From: an uncultured virus (IMG/VR IMGVR_UViG_3300033074_001537)
Taxonomy: Duplodnaviria; Heunggongvirae; Uroviricota; Caudoviricetes
Strand: one strand, 5' to 3'
IMG/VR virus record: IMGVR_UViG_3300033074_001537
DNA length: 64,000 nt
In this document: piece after piece, positions 52,892-61,988 of the stretch
How the letters are laid out: each line of letters starts with the position of its first letter
Numbering within the stretch: the first letter of the stretch is position 1
Made by a program: the position numbers and the translations under genes
The notes under the pieces: model-generated
Told to the model about the DNA's origin: nothing
What the model saw: only the letters and a program-made list of their open reading frames with translations
Databases searched by the model: none

Positions 52892-54874
52892 CTACGTCAG
52901 CGTGGGCGTTGCGTTGTCGCTTCGACCGAGGTGGGTCGCGTCCTCACGGGCCTCGGAAAACACGGTGCTCACGTTGCTGTACACGTTGACGGTGTACGAA
53001 CCGTCTCCCACGCGCGACGTGGTGCCCATGCGCTCGCCGGTCGAGGTGCTGTACGCCGCGATGTTGACTGTGCCGCCGGCCGACCCGCTCACGTTGCCCG
53101 TGGCGGCGTACTGGTAGCCGTGCCACGTCACCCACAGCAACGTACCCATCCTGTACGTCGCGGTGATCGTGCGAATTCGGTAGTTGCGAGCCGTCTCGAT
53201 GTTTGCGCGCGCGGTGATCGTCGGCAGGTAGTTGAACTGCTCGACGCTGTTGTGCGTGATTCCGTACGTCCCGAGCTCGCCGTCAGCGAGCACATAGACG
53301 GTAGGGATCGCATGAGCCCACCCCGTCGAGTTGAACTCGCCCGACTGCACCTTGAACTGCACCACCGCTGCGTTACTCGCGCCGACGCGCCCCTCGAACT
53401 GATAGCCAACGCTGACCAGCCGGTAGTAGCTCTCGGGGATGTTCGGGGTGCGCATCCCTGAGCTGATCGTGGTGATCGTCGGCTGTGCGCCGCTCGTCGG
53501 GTCAGCCTGCTGAATCAGCCAGCACGTCGAGTGCGTGCCGCGGAACGCGGCGGGTGAGCCGCCCTGCGTCGCAATGTCGCTCTCGTAGTTCAAGAACAGC
53601 ATGGCAGACGTAGCGGCGAACGTCGTCGCGGTCGTCGTGTACATGCGCGCCGAGCACGCGTTGCTTCCGCGCACAAGCGTGATCGAGCTGTTGTGATCGA
53701 CGCGGTGGATGACCGACGACCCGCCCGAATTCGTGTAGTTGCCGAGGGTGTAGCTGCGTTCGGCTTGCGCGCCGGCCCACGTTCTGAACGTAGCGCCGCT
53801 CACGCTCATGCCGCGGAACTGCACGCCGCTCTGCCGCAGCGTGATCGTCCCGGCATCTTCGATCCAGACGCTCTGCCCGACTTCCTCAGCGTCCGCCGTG
53901 GCGGTCGCCTGAACGTAGATGTTCTCGCCCCCGATCGAGCACGGCAGCGTGAGTGAGTTGAGCACGCGTGTCGTGGTGGTCGGGTTGTATTCGTAGGTGA
54001 CGACGAGCAGCGCACCGCAGCACTCGAAGCGACCCGTGGTGCCGCTGCGTGCTTTCGCGGCGTGGGCGCTCGCGGTGCTGTAGGTCGCCGTGTCGTACGG
54101 GATGATGTCGCGGTAGTACGCAGACCCGGCGAGCGCCTGTTCCCGAAACCCACGCGTCAGCTCAGGATCGCTGTCGATGGCCCAATAAAAGATGAAGTCG
54201 GTGGTCGTGTTGCCGCCGTCGGCGCACTCGACGATGAAGTACGCCTGCCGGATGGTCTTTCCAGCTTCGGGGAGGAACGTGTCCAAGGCCGGAATCTGGT
54301 TGGCCGGCGCGTTGTTCGTGCCGCCCGTCGTGCCGAACTCTTGCAGCACCGCCGTCAGCGTCGTGTGGTGCGACTGGAGCGGGATCACCACGGTCTTGAG
54401 CTCCGCGGTGATGCCCGCGTCGTCGTACTCGTAGGTGATGAGGAGCTCGCACGTCAGCAATCCGACGAACACCGCGACGCTGGCGGTTGCAGCGAATGCC
54501 CACACGCACGTCTGCGAAGTGCCCGCGCCGAAGTTCGCGACGAAGTGGTCTGTCACGTCGCGTGTGAATCCGATGACGCTCTCGGGGTCGCCGGTATTCG
54601 CCTGCGCCGTTGGGGTCCAGTCTTGATCGCTGATCGCCGCGGCGCCGACCTGAATTCCGAGCCGCACCCCCGTCAGGTTGCTTGCAATCGCCGCTTCCCA
54701 ATTGAACGAGACGACCATCACCGCGCTACGGATCGTGCGCGATGTCGTCTCGGGGAGGTGCAGCGTGGTGACGGCGCTCGTGTACCTCGTGCTCGCCGCG
54801 AACGTGGTGTCCGCGGTGATGCTTAGTACCTGCGTTTCGAGCGCGTACCGAACGGTCTTGGTGCGGAGCGCCAC
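52892..54874 (-). CDS. Thr-rich beta-structured virion/tail protein
   Basis: 660 aa in the tail module; repeated LLxTYEY motif. Confidence 0.75.
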   Translation of the reverse strand: MALRTKTVRYALETQVLSITADTTFAASTRYTSAVTTLHLPETTSRTIRSAVMVVSFNWEAAIASNLTGVRLGIQVGAAAISDQDWTPTAQANTGDPESVIGFTRDVTDHFVANFGAGTSQTCVWAFAATASVAVFVGLLTCELLITYEYDDAGITAELKTVVIPLQSHHTTLTAVLQEFGTTGGTNNAPANQIPALDTFLPEAGKTIRQAYFIVECADGGNTTTDFIFYWAIDSDPELTRGFREQALAGSAYYRDIIPYDTATYSTASAHAAKARSGTTGRFECCGALLVVTYEYNPTTTTRVLNSLTLPCSIGGENIYVQATATADAEEVGQSVWIEDAGTITLRQSGVQFRGMSVSGATFRTWAGAQAERSYTLGNYTNSGGSSVIHRVDHNSSITLVRGSNACSARMYTTTATTFAATSAMLFLNYESDIATQGGSPAAFRGTHSTCWLIQQADPTSGAQPTITTISSGMRTPNIPESYYRLVSVGYQFEGRVGASNAAVVQFKVQSGEFNSTGWAHAIPTVYVLADGELGTYGITHNSVEQFNYLPTITARANIETARNYRIRTITATYRMGTLLWVTWHGYQYAATGNVSGSAGGTVNIAAYSTSTGERMGTTSRVGDGSYTVNVYSNVSTVFSEAREDATHLGRSDNATPTLT

Positions 54875-54877
54875 GGA

Positions 54878-55282
54878 TCACGTCTCCGTGATATCGAGCT
54901 CGCCCGCATTGAATACGGCAGTGTCGCCCGACCCGATGGCTTTCGGGGTCGTAAGGTCGCCCCAGTACAGCATGTTGCCGCCGGAGCTGGCGTCGAGGAT
55001 CGCGAACGCGACCACCGTGCCCCAGCCGGCCGTAGCCGTGGTGAACGTCACCGCGCCCGTGTTCGCCGTCGCCCCACCCGAGGCGGCGTTGAACGTTCCG
55101 GCGGCGCGGTTCAGGGTGGCGCGCGCGTACGAACCGCCCGTAACCTCGGTGCCGCCGCCCCCGTCGGAAGGGGCGACGGTGTACAGCGCGAGGTAGAGGT
55201 CCGCGGGCAGCGACCACGCGACGCCGCGGAAGATGTGGTCGAGGAGCGTGTTGGAAAACGCGGTGGTCTTGCTACCGGCCAT
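54878..55282 (-). CDS. Small tail-fibre-associated structural protein
   Basis: LYLALYT..P.D.G.GTEVTGGSYAR...DASSGGNMLYWG. Confidence 0.8.
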   Translation of the reverse strand: MAGSKTTAFSNTLLDHIFRGVAWSLPADLYLALYTVAPSDGGGGTEVTGGSYARATLNRAAGTFNAASGGATANTGAVTFTTATAGWGTVVAFAILDASSGGNMLYWGDLTTPKAIGSGDTAVFNAGELDITET

Positions 55283-55892
55283 GCGCCGACGGTAGCACGG
55301 AGAGCAGCCGTGCGTCGGCAGGGTGCAGGTACACACCCAGGCTCAACCCATCCCCGAGCGCCGGCACGCGCGGGTTAAGCGCCGCCGTGCCGAATATCTC
55401 GTCGTGGCAGTCCGCCGCCTCGTCCCGGTAGAGGCAAACGTGCCCGACCCACCGGGCGCGCTGCCACGTCAGCCAGTGGAGGGCTTCGTGTACGGCAACC
55501 CACGCGAGCACGTCCTCACTCGGTGTGCACGCGGGGTCGATCTCAACGAACCGCGCACCAGGAACGTACCGACCCGAACCCTCGACGGCGCACCCGTCGT
55601 CGGCAACGTAGGCGTAAACCACGAGGTCTGCGTCGCCGGTTTCGCTCCGCACCCAGCGGTCGCCCGTCGTTGAAAGAACGTCGAGCACGCGGCCCGTGAT
55701 GACGGCGCGCTGCGCGGGAGTCCATCCAGTGCGCCCGTCGAGCGCGTCCTCCACCGAGACACGGTACCCGATGCCGGTCTGCGGGAGCTGGGGTGCGCGC
55801 CCTACGTCGGGGCACGCCCCCACGAAAACCAGCATGAAAAGCAAGAACGCGGCGAGAACCACGTTCACCACGGGGAGGTTACGCGTCATCAC
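55272..55892 (-). CDS. Lipoprotein with a HExxH metallopeptidase motif
   Basis: Signal peptide ending FVGAC; AVHEALHWL. Confidence 0.72.
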   Translation of the reverse strand: MMTRNLPVVNVVLAAFLLFMLVFVGACPDVGRAPQLPQTGIGYRVSVEDALDGRTGWTPAQRAVITGRVLDVLSTTGDRWVRSETGDADLVVYAYVADDGCAVEGSGRYVPGARFVEIDPACTPSEDVLAWVAVHEALHWLTWQRARWVGHVCLYRDEAADCHDEIFGTAALNPRVPALGDGLSLGVYLHPADARLLSVLPSAHGR

Positions 55893-56142
55893 GACCCGCG
55901 CGCTTCCGCAGAGTGGCTGCCTCCGCGGGCGTCAGTAGACGTTCGAGCTCGGGTGGTACGAGCACAACGCCTGCGGCCTCGTCGTACGAAACCGCTTCCA
56001 GTGTGACGCATTGTTCGAGTGGCGTGTGGATACCGCCGCCCACGCGGTCGCTCTCGACGGCGGTGCGCGGCAGACCGAGCGCGCTGCGTAGCCTCGCACG
56101 CAGCGCGGCTGCCTGGGCCTTGGTGCGGGGTAGCTCTCTCAT
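55879..56142 (-). CDS. Hypothetical protein
   Basis: Coupled ORF in the tail module. Confidence 0.6.
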   Translation of the reverse strand: MRELPRTKAQAAALRARLRSALGLPRTAVESDRVGGGIHTPLEQCVTLEAVSYDEAAGVVLVPPELERLLTPAEAATLRKRAGRDDA

Positions 56143-56954
56143 GCGTTCACACCGTAGCGAGTTCGGATGTACCGGCGTAGTGCAGCAAGGTTGTCGGCAT
56201 TCGGAACTCCTACGGTGGCGCCCATCTCACAGATGCGGTGGCGCGTGCCCGCGGACGGCGCCGCAAGCAGGCGACCAATCGTTGCAAGCCCAGGCGGGTC
56301 CGTGGCTTGTGGTGTGTACGGGCCCGGCGTGATAGCAACCGCCGCACCGTTGCTCTGGATTACAACCGCGGTTGCCGGTGCGTAGAAAAACTCAACGTAC
56401 CGCCACGTCGCGCCGGGGAACGCACCGCTGGATGACCGCGAGTCGTACTGCGTGACCGCGCTCGTGTATGAGACAAGCCGCACACCGGCTCCACCCGGAA
56501 TCACCGCGTTGCGGTCCTCCGAGAAGTAACCGATGCCGGGGCCGGTCCCCGTGCTCGTCGCGGTTGCAAGGAGCGCCGTGATCGAGATGGCGTTGACGAC
56601 AGACGGGTCCGGGTCCACGGCTTGCGCGACGCACCAGAAGGAACTGTCGGCTTTGTGCAGCGCTGCGAGAAGCGCCGCGGAGCTGGATTGCAGCCACTTG
56701 TCGGGGCCGACCTCGACGTACGGGCGGTCGTTGACGCCGCCACCACCACTGTACGGTGGTTGGTCGGCTGCGACAGCTTGTCCGAAGCTACCGCCAGCCG
56801 ACCCCTGGTTTGCCCACGAAAGCACGTTTCCGGCGTTGAGCGTCACGCCCATGTCTGGGCGTAGCCACAGCAGGGGGGTGAGAAACGACGGGTTCCACGA
56901 TGGTAGACCCGCTAGCCTCCCGTCGCCGCCGAGCAGCAGGCTTCGCACGAACAT
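56139..56954 (-). CDS. LamG/ConA-like tail protein
   Basis: LLWLRPD.GVT..GNVLSWANQ...YIRTRYG pattern. Confidence 0.7.
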   Translation of the reverse strand: MFVRSLLLGGDGRLAGLPSWNPSFLTPLLWLRPDMGVTLNAGNVLSWANQGSAGGSFGQAVAADQPPYSGGGGVNDRPYVEVGPDKWLQSSSAALLAALHKADSSFWCVAQAVDPDPSVVNAISITALLATATSTGTGPGIGYFSEDRNAVIPGGAGVRLVSYTSAVTQYDSRSSSGAFPGATWRYVEFFYAPATAVVIQSNGAAVAITPGPYTPQATDPPGLATIGRLLAAPSAGTRHRICEMGATVGVPNADNLAALRRYIRTRYGVNA

Positions 56955-56957
56955 GGT

Positions 56958-57242
56958 TCAGCTCTCCGCGATGATCTGAACGACGAGCCCGCTCGCCGCT
57001 GCGGCGCGCTTGAAGTAGAGCTTCGTGGCCGACTGCCGAAGCTCGAGCCCGGCGCTCGGCGTACCCGGCGTGAGCTGCGCGTGGTCGGTCGTCGCGTCGT
57101 ACGACATGAGCGCCGCGACGCTCGGGTGCTCGTTGATCACCAGGAGCCGCTTCGGCAGGAAGGGGATGGTAACCTGCGGGGAGCCGACCGCAGGGTATGC
57201 AGCGGTGGCGTCGAGCGTGACGGTGGTGCGGTAGACGGCCAT
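56958..57242 (-). CDS. Small structural protein
   Basis: Beta-rich, 94 aa, in the tail module. Confidence 0.7.
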   Translation of the reverse strand: MAVYRTTVTLDATAAYPAVGSPQVTIPFLPKRLLVINEHPSVAALMSYDATTDHAQLTPGTPSAGLELRQSATKLYFKRAAAASGLVVQIIAES

Positions 57243-57259
57243 GCGGGGATCGTAGCCGA

Positions 57260-60200
57260 CTACGGCTCAAACACCAGCTCGGCCGAGATGCTGTACTTGG
57301 CGGACCCGTCGCTGATATGCCCCGAGTCCAGTACCACATCGAAGATATCCCCGTCGGCCGGAGGCCAGTTGGCGCCCGCGAGCGCGTTCAAGTCGGCACT
57401 CTCCAGCACTACCCACGCCGTGCTCGCGGTGTCGAGGTAATCCTGCGCGGCCTGTAGCTCGACGGCGCCCCCGTTGGTGTACAGCTGAACCTTGGCCATC
57501 TCGGTGATGTCCGTCGTACGGATGATCGCGCGGAAGTACGCCTTGCGTCCGCCCGTCAGGTCGTGCTCGGCGCTCTTGAAAACACCGCCGCCGATCGTGA
57601 TGGGGGCGTTGGTGGTATAGCCGAGGGTCTTGCTGAGCGGGATGAAGGTGTAGTCGGGGAGCCCGCCGCCACCGCCGCCGCCCCAATTCTCGGAGTAGCC
57701 CGCGCGGATCAGCCACCCATTGGAGTATGGGAAGAAAACGTACGAGTCGTTCCACTCCAGGGTGATGTTCGAGCTCTTGTAGTCGATCTGCTTCCCCGAG
57801 GGCCGCGCCAGGGTGAGCGGCGTCTTGTACGTCGGGCCGGTGTACTTGACCGTCAGCGGGCGGCCGTGCGTCCAACCCGTCGGGTCGGGCAGCGTGACCG
57901 TGAACGTCGTCGCGCTCGGCGGAATGATGATCGCGAGCGTCGTCGAAGCCGCGATGGTCGCGGTGCCGGTGATGACTTCCAGCACCTCGTCGTGCACCGA
58001 CGTGTACCCGTTGACCGTGATGCCGGCGGCTGTGCGGTAGGGGATGCTCGCCGTCGCACCGATGAGGTTGTACGCGCCGCCGATCTGAACCGAGCCCGTC
58101 GCGTCGCTCGTGTTGAACAGGTAGGTCGTGTTCGCGCCGCTCGAAAAAACGTGGTTCCCGAGCAGCTTCACCACCGAGCTACCGGCGAGCATGAACAGGC
58201 TGTTTTCCCCCGTGAGCGATGCGGTGATCGCGTTCACACCGGGGAACAGCACGAGCTCCGAGCCACCCTCGATCTTGTACTGCCCGTTGCTGACGTAGAT
58301 CGACGGATTACCCGGCGAGATGTACGTCACCCCCCCAGCGGTAGACCACATGATCGGTGGCTGCGCGGTGCCCGAATTCGGGGCGTCCATCGAGTCCACC
58401 GCGAGCGACACCTGCCCGCCGACGTTGCGAATCACCGCGTCGGCGCTCGCCGTCGAAGTACGTGCACCGATGATGTCGCCCAGCAAACCTGCGGCGACCG
58501 CACCTGACTCGACGTGGATCACCGCGTCGGTGGAGCCGGCGGTGTTCGATGCGTCCACACGGTGAACCAGCATCACCGCAGCGGCTTTGTCGCCAACCGG
58601 CGCGACGTGGATCGCGCTACCGCTGACCCCAGCGTTGCGCACCGTGAGAAACGCAGCGCCGCAGTAGTCCACATCGGTCGGCCCGTACGAGCCATCCGTG
58701 GTGAACGTCGCGGTGATCTTGCTGACGATCGTTTCCTTTTCCGCACCCGGCATCCCCGACACGAACCAGCCGGGCTCCAAGTCGATCGTCTCGTTGTAGG
58801 TACCGGGGAGAATCTTGAAGTGCGCCGGGTAGTCGGCGTTGACGTGGCCCGCGGCCTGGGCGGCAGCCTTCGCGCCAGCCCAAGTGTCGAACTGAGGGCT
58901 TGCCCCGAAGGGGCCGTACCCCGCCGTGCCGACGATGTACTCGGGGATGATTCCCTTGTACCCAACGGGCAGCCAGACGAACCCGTTGAAGTATTCGTAG
59001 CGCTCGATGGTGGTGTTGAAGATGAGAAGCCAGTCGGCCGCCGCGATGGCGTTGCGCTGCGTCGTCGTCATGCGAGGGACGAGCAGCCCCTTCGTGGTGC
59101 TGTTCATCTCCAGCATCGCGCTCGCGACGGGCGTGGTGCCGAGGCCGAGTGACGTTTCGATGCGCGCCGAGCCGGCGCCGGGGTCCGTGGTCGTGCCGAC
59201 CATGAATCCCTGCACGAACCGCCCGCGCTCGACCGAATTCGTCACGAACTGAATGGGCTGCGCGCCCGTAGACTCCAACCGCAGCTCCGCGACACCGAGC
59301 AGCTTGCGCGTGGTCGAGAGCTGAATGTCGGCGTTGAAGGTCTTTACGCCCGTGATCGTCTGCGTACCGGCGAGCTTGACGTACAAGGCGTCGTTGCTGC
59401 CTTCGAGAATCGTCCCCGCCGTGGTGCCGAAGGTAACCCCGAGCGTGAACGACGACCCCGTACCACCACCCGTGAGCGGTGCGCTCGTATTGATCGTGAT
59501 GGAGCTCGCGGGCGGGGCTACCCACGTCGGCGCCGATCCTGCGCCGTTGGTCTGTAGTAGGTACCCAGCCGTACCGGGAGCGAGCCGAACCCACGCGCTT
59601 CCGTTTCGGTACAGAAGGTCGCCGTGCGCCTCGCTCGCTACGCTGAAAGAGAGGTTGAACGACGCCCCGGTGCCGCCCCCCTGCAAGGGCGACGCGGTGT
59701 TGATGGTGACGGAGCTCGCGGCCGGCGCGGCCCACGCGGGGAGCCCGCCCACCACGGTCAGCACATGGCCCGACGACCCGATGGCGAGTCGCGCCCACGC
59801 GCCGGCCGCGCGGCGCACGATGTCACCGTCCGCTTGCCCACTGAATTGAAAACTCAGCGTGCGGTTGGCGCTCAAGTCCACCGCCGTGTGCACCCCGGCG
59901 ACGGCGATGGGCTCGGTGCCCGTGAGCGTGCGCGTCAGCGGGACGAACGCGCCGTCGAAGTCGGGGAACGCGCCGTCCCACCACACCGCGTACGGACCGC
60001 CCCCCGACGCGACGTGCCCGACGATGCGGCGCACGGTGCCCTGCGTACCCGAGAGCGTACCAGCGTCGTCGAGGTAGACCAGCGCACCTACGGCGGGGCT
60101 GCCCGACACCGAAAGCCCCTGCGCCAAGCCCACGGTGCGAACTTGAAAGAGAACGCCCGCGGTGATCGCCCCACCGTCCACCGACTGCACGACGACGCCG

Positions 60201-60748
60201 AGTAGCCCGCGGCAGTTGGCCGCGGTCGTGGCGTTCGCGGCGCCCCACCGCGAGAGCACTTCCTGCCCCGGCAGGGTCGCCTTGATGGTCGTCGTGCTCA
60301 CCACCCGCACGACTTGCCCGACCGAGAGCGACCCGTCCGCCACGCCGACGAACACGCCGGGGTCCGTCCGCGCCGCTTCGGAGAGCTGGAGCACGACGTT
60401 GGCCGCAAGCGCCCAGCCCTTCGTCGAGTTCACCTCGGAGGTTTCACTCGCGGCGGGCACACGGATGCGAGTCTTGAGCTGCCGGATGCCGACGATCACC
60501 TTGTTCTCCAAGGTGCCGTTGACCGTCAGCTTGACGAGGTACGAGCCCTCTTTCTTCGGCGTGAACGTAACCGACGGCGCGCTCGTCGAGCTCAGCGTGT
60601 CCGCCGTGCCAACCGGCTGATCGACGATCTCCCACAGATACGTCGTCTCGCCGCCCACGTTGTCGTTGGCGAGCGTGACGAGCGTGTTGATGGGGAGGTC
60701 GTCGTTGGAGCCGACGACCGAGTTGACGGTGATGAGGGCTTGGGGCAT
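57260..60748 (-). CDS. Long tail fibre / receptor-binding protein (1162 aa)
   Basis: PKD-like N-terminus (YLWEIVDQP...FTPKKEGSYLVKLTVN), duplicated GD...W.RLA.G modules, QTITGVKTF, STTKGLLVPRMTTTQR. Confidence 0.85.
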   Translation of the reverse strand: MPQALITVNSVVGSNDDLPINTLVTLANDNVGGETTYLWEIVDQPVGTADTLSSTSAPSVTFTPKKEGSYLVKLTVNGTLENKVIVGIRQLKTRIRVPAASETSEVNSTKGWALAANVVLQLSEAARTDPGVFVGVADGSLSVGQVVRVVSTTTIKATLPGQEVLSRWGAANATTAANCRGLLGVVVQSVDGGAITAGVLFQVRTVGLAQGLSVSGSPAVGALVYLDDAGTLSGTQGTVRRIVGHVASGGGPYAVWWDGAFPDFDGAFVPLTRTLTGTEPIAVAGVHTAVDLSANRTLSFQFSGQADGDIVRRAAGAWARLAIGSSGHVLTVVGGLPAWAAPAASSVTINTASPLQGGGTGASFNLSFSVASEAHGDLLYRNGSAWVRLAPGTAGYLLQTNGAGSAPTWVAPPASSITINTSAPLTGGGTGSSFTLGVTFGTTAGTILEGSNDALYVKLAGTQTITGVKTFNADIQLSTTRKLLGVAELRLESTGAQPIQFVTNSVERGRFVQGFMVGTTTDPGAGSARIETSLGLGTTPVASAMLEMNSTTKGLLVPRMTTTQRNAIAAADWLLIFNTTIERYEYFNGFVWLPVGYKGIIPEYIVGTAGYGPFGASPQFDTWAGAKAAAQAAGHVNADYPAHFKILPGTYNETIDLEPGWFVSGMPGAEKETIVSKITATFTTDGSYGPTDVDYCGAAFLTVRNAGVSGSAIHVAPVGDKAAAVMLVHRVDASNTAGSTDAVIHVESGAVAAGLLGDIIGARTSTASADAVIRNVGGQVSLAVDSMDAPNSGTAQPPIMWSTAGGVTYISPGNPSIYVSNGQYKIEGGSELVLFPGVNAITASLTGENSLFMLAGSSVVKLLGNHVFSSGANTTYLFNTSDATGSVQIGGAYNLIGATASIPYRTAAGITVNGYTSVHDEVLEVITGTATIAASTTLAIIIPPSATTFTVTLPDPTGWTHGRPLTVKYTGPTYKTPLTLARPSGKQIDYKSSNITLEWNDSYVFFPYSNGWLIRAGYSENWGGGGGGGLPDYTFIPLSKTLGYTTNAPITIGGGVFKSAEHDLTGGRKAYFRAIIRTTDITEMAKVQLYTNGGAVELQAAQDYLDTASTAWVVLESADLNALAGANWPPADGDIFDVVLDSGHISDGSAKYSISAELVFEP

Positions 60749-60849
60749 GGCGCGGAGATTCTACTCCGCGCCAGCGTCTCTCACACGCGCTCGAACTCGG
60801 GCTGGTCGGGCTTGTCGGTGCTCATGCACCTTCCCCTACCGCGCCGAGG

Positions 60850-61986
60850 TCAGTACGACCAGCACGCCTCGAAAAAGTACGTCGCCGGGTCGGGTAGAAC
60901 GGGGCTGGGGTCGGTAACCCCGTCGTTCTGATCGACCTGACGCAGACGAAAGCGAAACAGCGTTTGCCCCTCAGCCACGTCCATCGCAGGGGTGCTTACC
61001 GCTGGGTTCGCGTACGCCGCGACATCTCCGCTCGTAGCGACGCCGCTGTTGATAAACGTGACGATGGCCGTACGAAACTCAGACCCAGGCACGAGATAGA
61101 GAAGGTTCGCGCGAGGGGAGAAGCCAGCAACTTGCGCCCCTGCGACGACGGCGATCTCGACTTGCGATCCGGCGACCGCAACGCCTCGAGCAATCACGTC
61201 CACGCCGGGAGGCGCCTGCACGTCGGAAAGCGTCGGCAGCACCGAGCCGCCCGTCGCGGGCATCGTCACCGTACCGCTGATGCGCCCGATGCCGCCGGGG
61301 AACAACATCTTGCGAAGGTCTTTGATCTTGTTCGCGGCAATCGAAGTCGCGAGGGCGTCTACGCGCACCTCCGCGATCTTGATGTAGCCGGCCGTCGTGC
61401 TCGGAGCTGCGGGGCTGCCGGCCGGGGTGCCGGTCTTGTAGTTGATCTTCGCTGCGCCGTTGACGGACGTGCGGCCGTCTTGCAGCCACGCGAGGGTCTT
61501 ATCGACCAGCGTGGCCACGAACTGCCCCGTGCCCGTGTTGAGGATGTCGCGCGAGAGCGAATCCGTGAGATAGCGGTCGTACGCAACCTCCACGATGTCG
61601 ATGCGGGGGTTGGTCGGGTCTGCCGCCGGCACGGCGATGGTCTGCGTGGCGCTCAGCACCAGCGGTTTGTACGAGCTGCGGTCGTCGAGGCCCGTGATGC
61701 TGCCGATGGCGACTGGCACATCACCCGTGTTGTCCTGAAAGCCGTACCCAGCGCGCACGGTGACGTTCATGCTCGCCGGGGACTCCGCGCGAACTTGAAA
61801 AGAATCACCGAGGAAGCCCGAAGCGGCGAGCAGGTTGCGGTTGGCCGCCGCGGTGCGGCCGGCGTAGAGGTACTTGAGCAAGTCCCGCATCGTGCGGGCG
61901 CTCTGCGACCACTGCTGGTTCTGGTCCGTCGAGAGCGGGCGCTCGCGGACGTTGAGAATCATCTGATCCCAGGCGTTGTTAGCCAT
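60850..61986 (-). CDS. Tail/baseplate structural protein
   Basis: Starts MANNAW with GAGGAG RBS; ADPTNPRIDIV and IAEVRV tail motifs. Confidence 0.8.
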   Translation of the reverse strand: MANNAWDQMILNVRERPLSTDQNQQWSQSARTMRDLLKYLYAGRTAAANRNLLAASGFLGDSFQVRAESPASMNVTVRAGYGFQDNTGDVPVAIGSITGLDDRSSYKPLVLSATQTIAVPAADPTNPRIDIVEVAYDRYLTDSLSRDILNTGTGQFVATLVDKTLAWLQDGRTSVNGAAKINYKTGTPAGSPAAPSTTAGYIKIAEVRVDALATSIAANKIKDLRKMLFPGGIGRISGTVTMPATGGSVLPTLSDVQAPPGVDVIARGVAVAGSQVEIAVVAGAQVAGFSPRANLLYLVPGSEFRTAIVTFINSGVATSGDVAAYANPAVSTPAMDVAEGQTLFRFRLRQVDQNDGVTDPSPVLPDPATYFFEACWSY

Positions 61987-61988
61987 CG

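Noticed and set aside
57260..60748. Diversity-generating retroelement or invertible tail-fibre cassette
   Set aside because: No reverse transcriptase, invertase or template/variable repeat pair is visible in the window.
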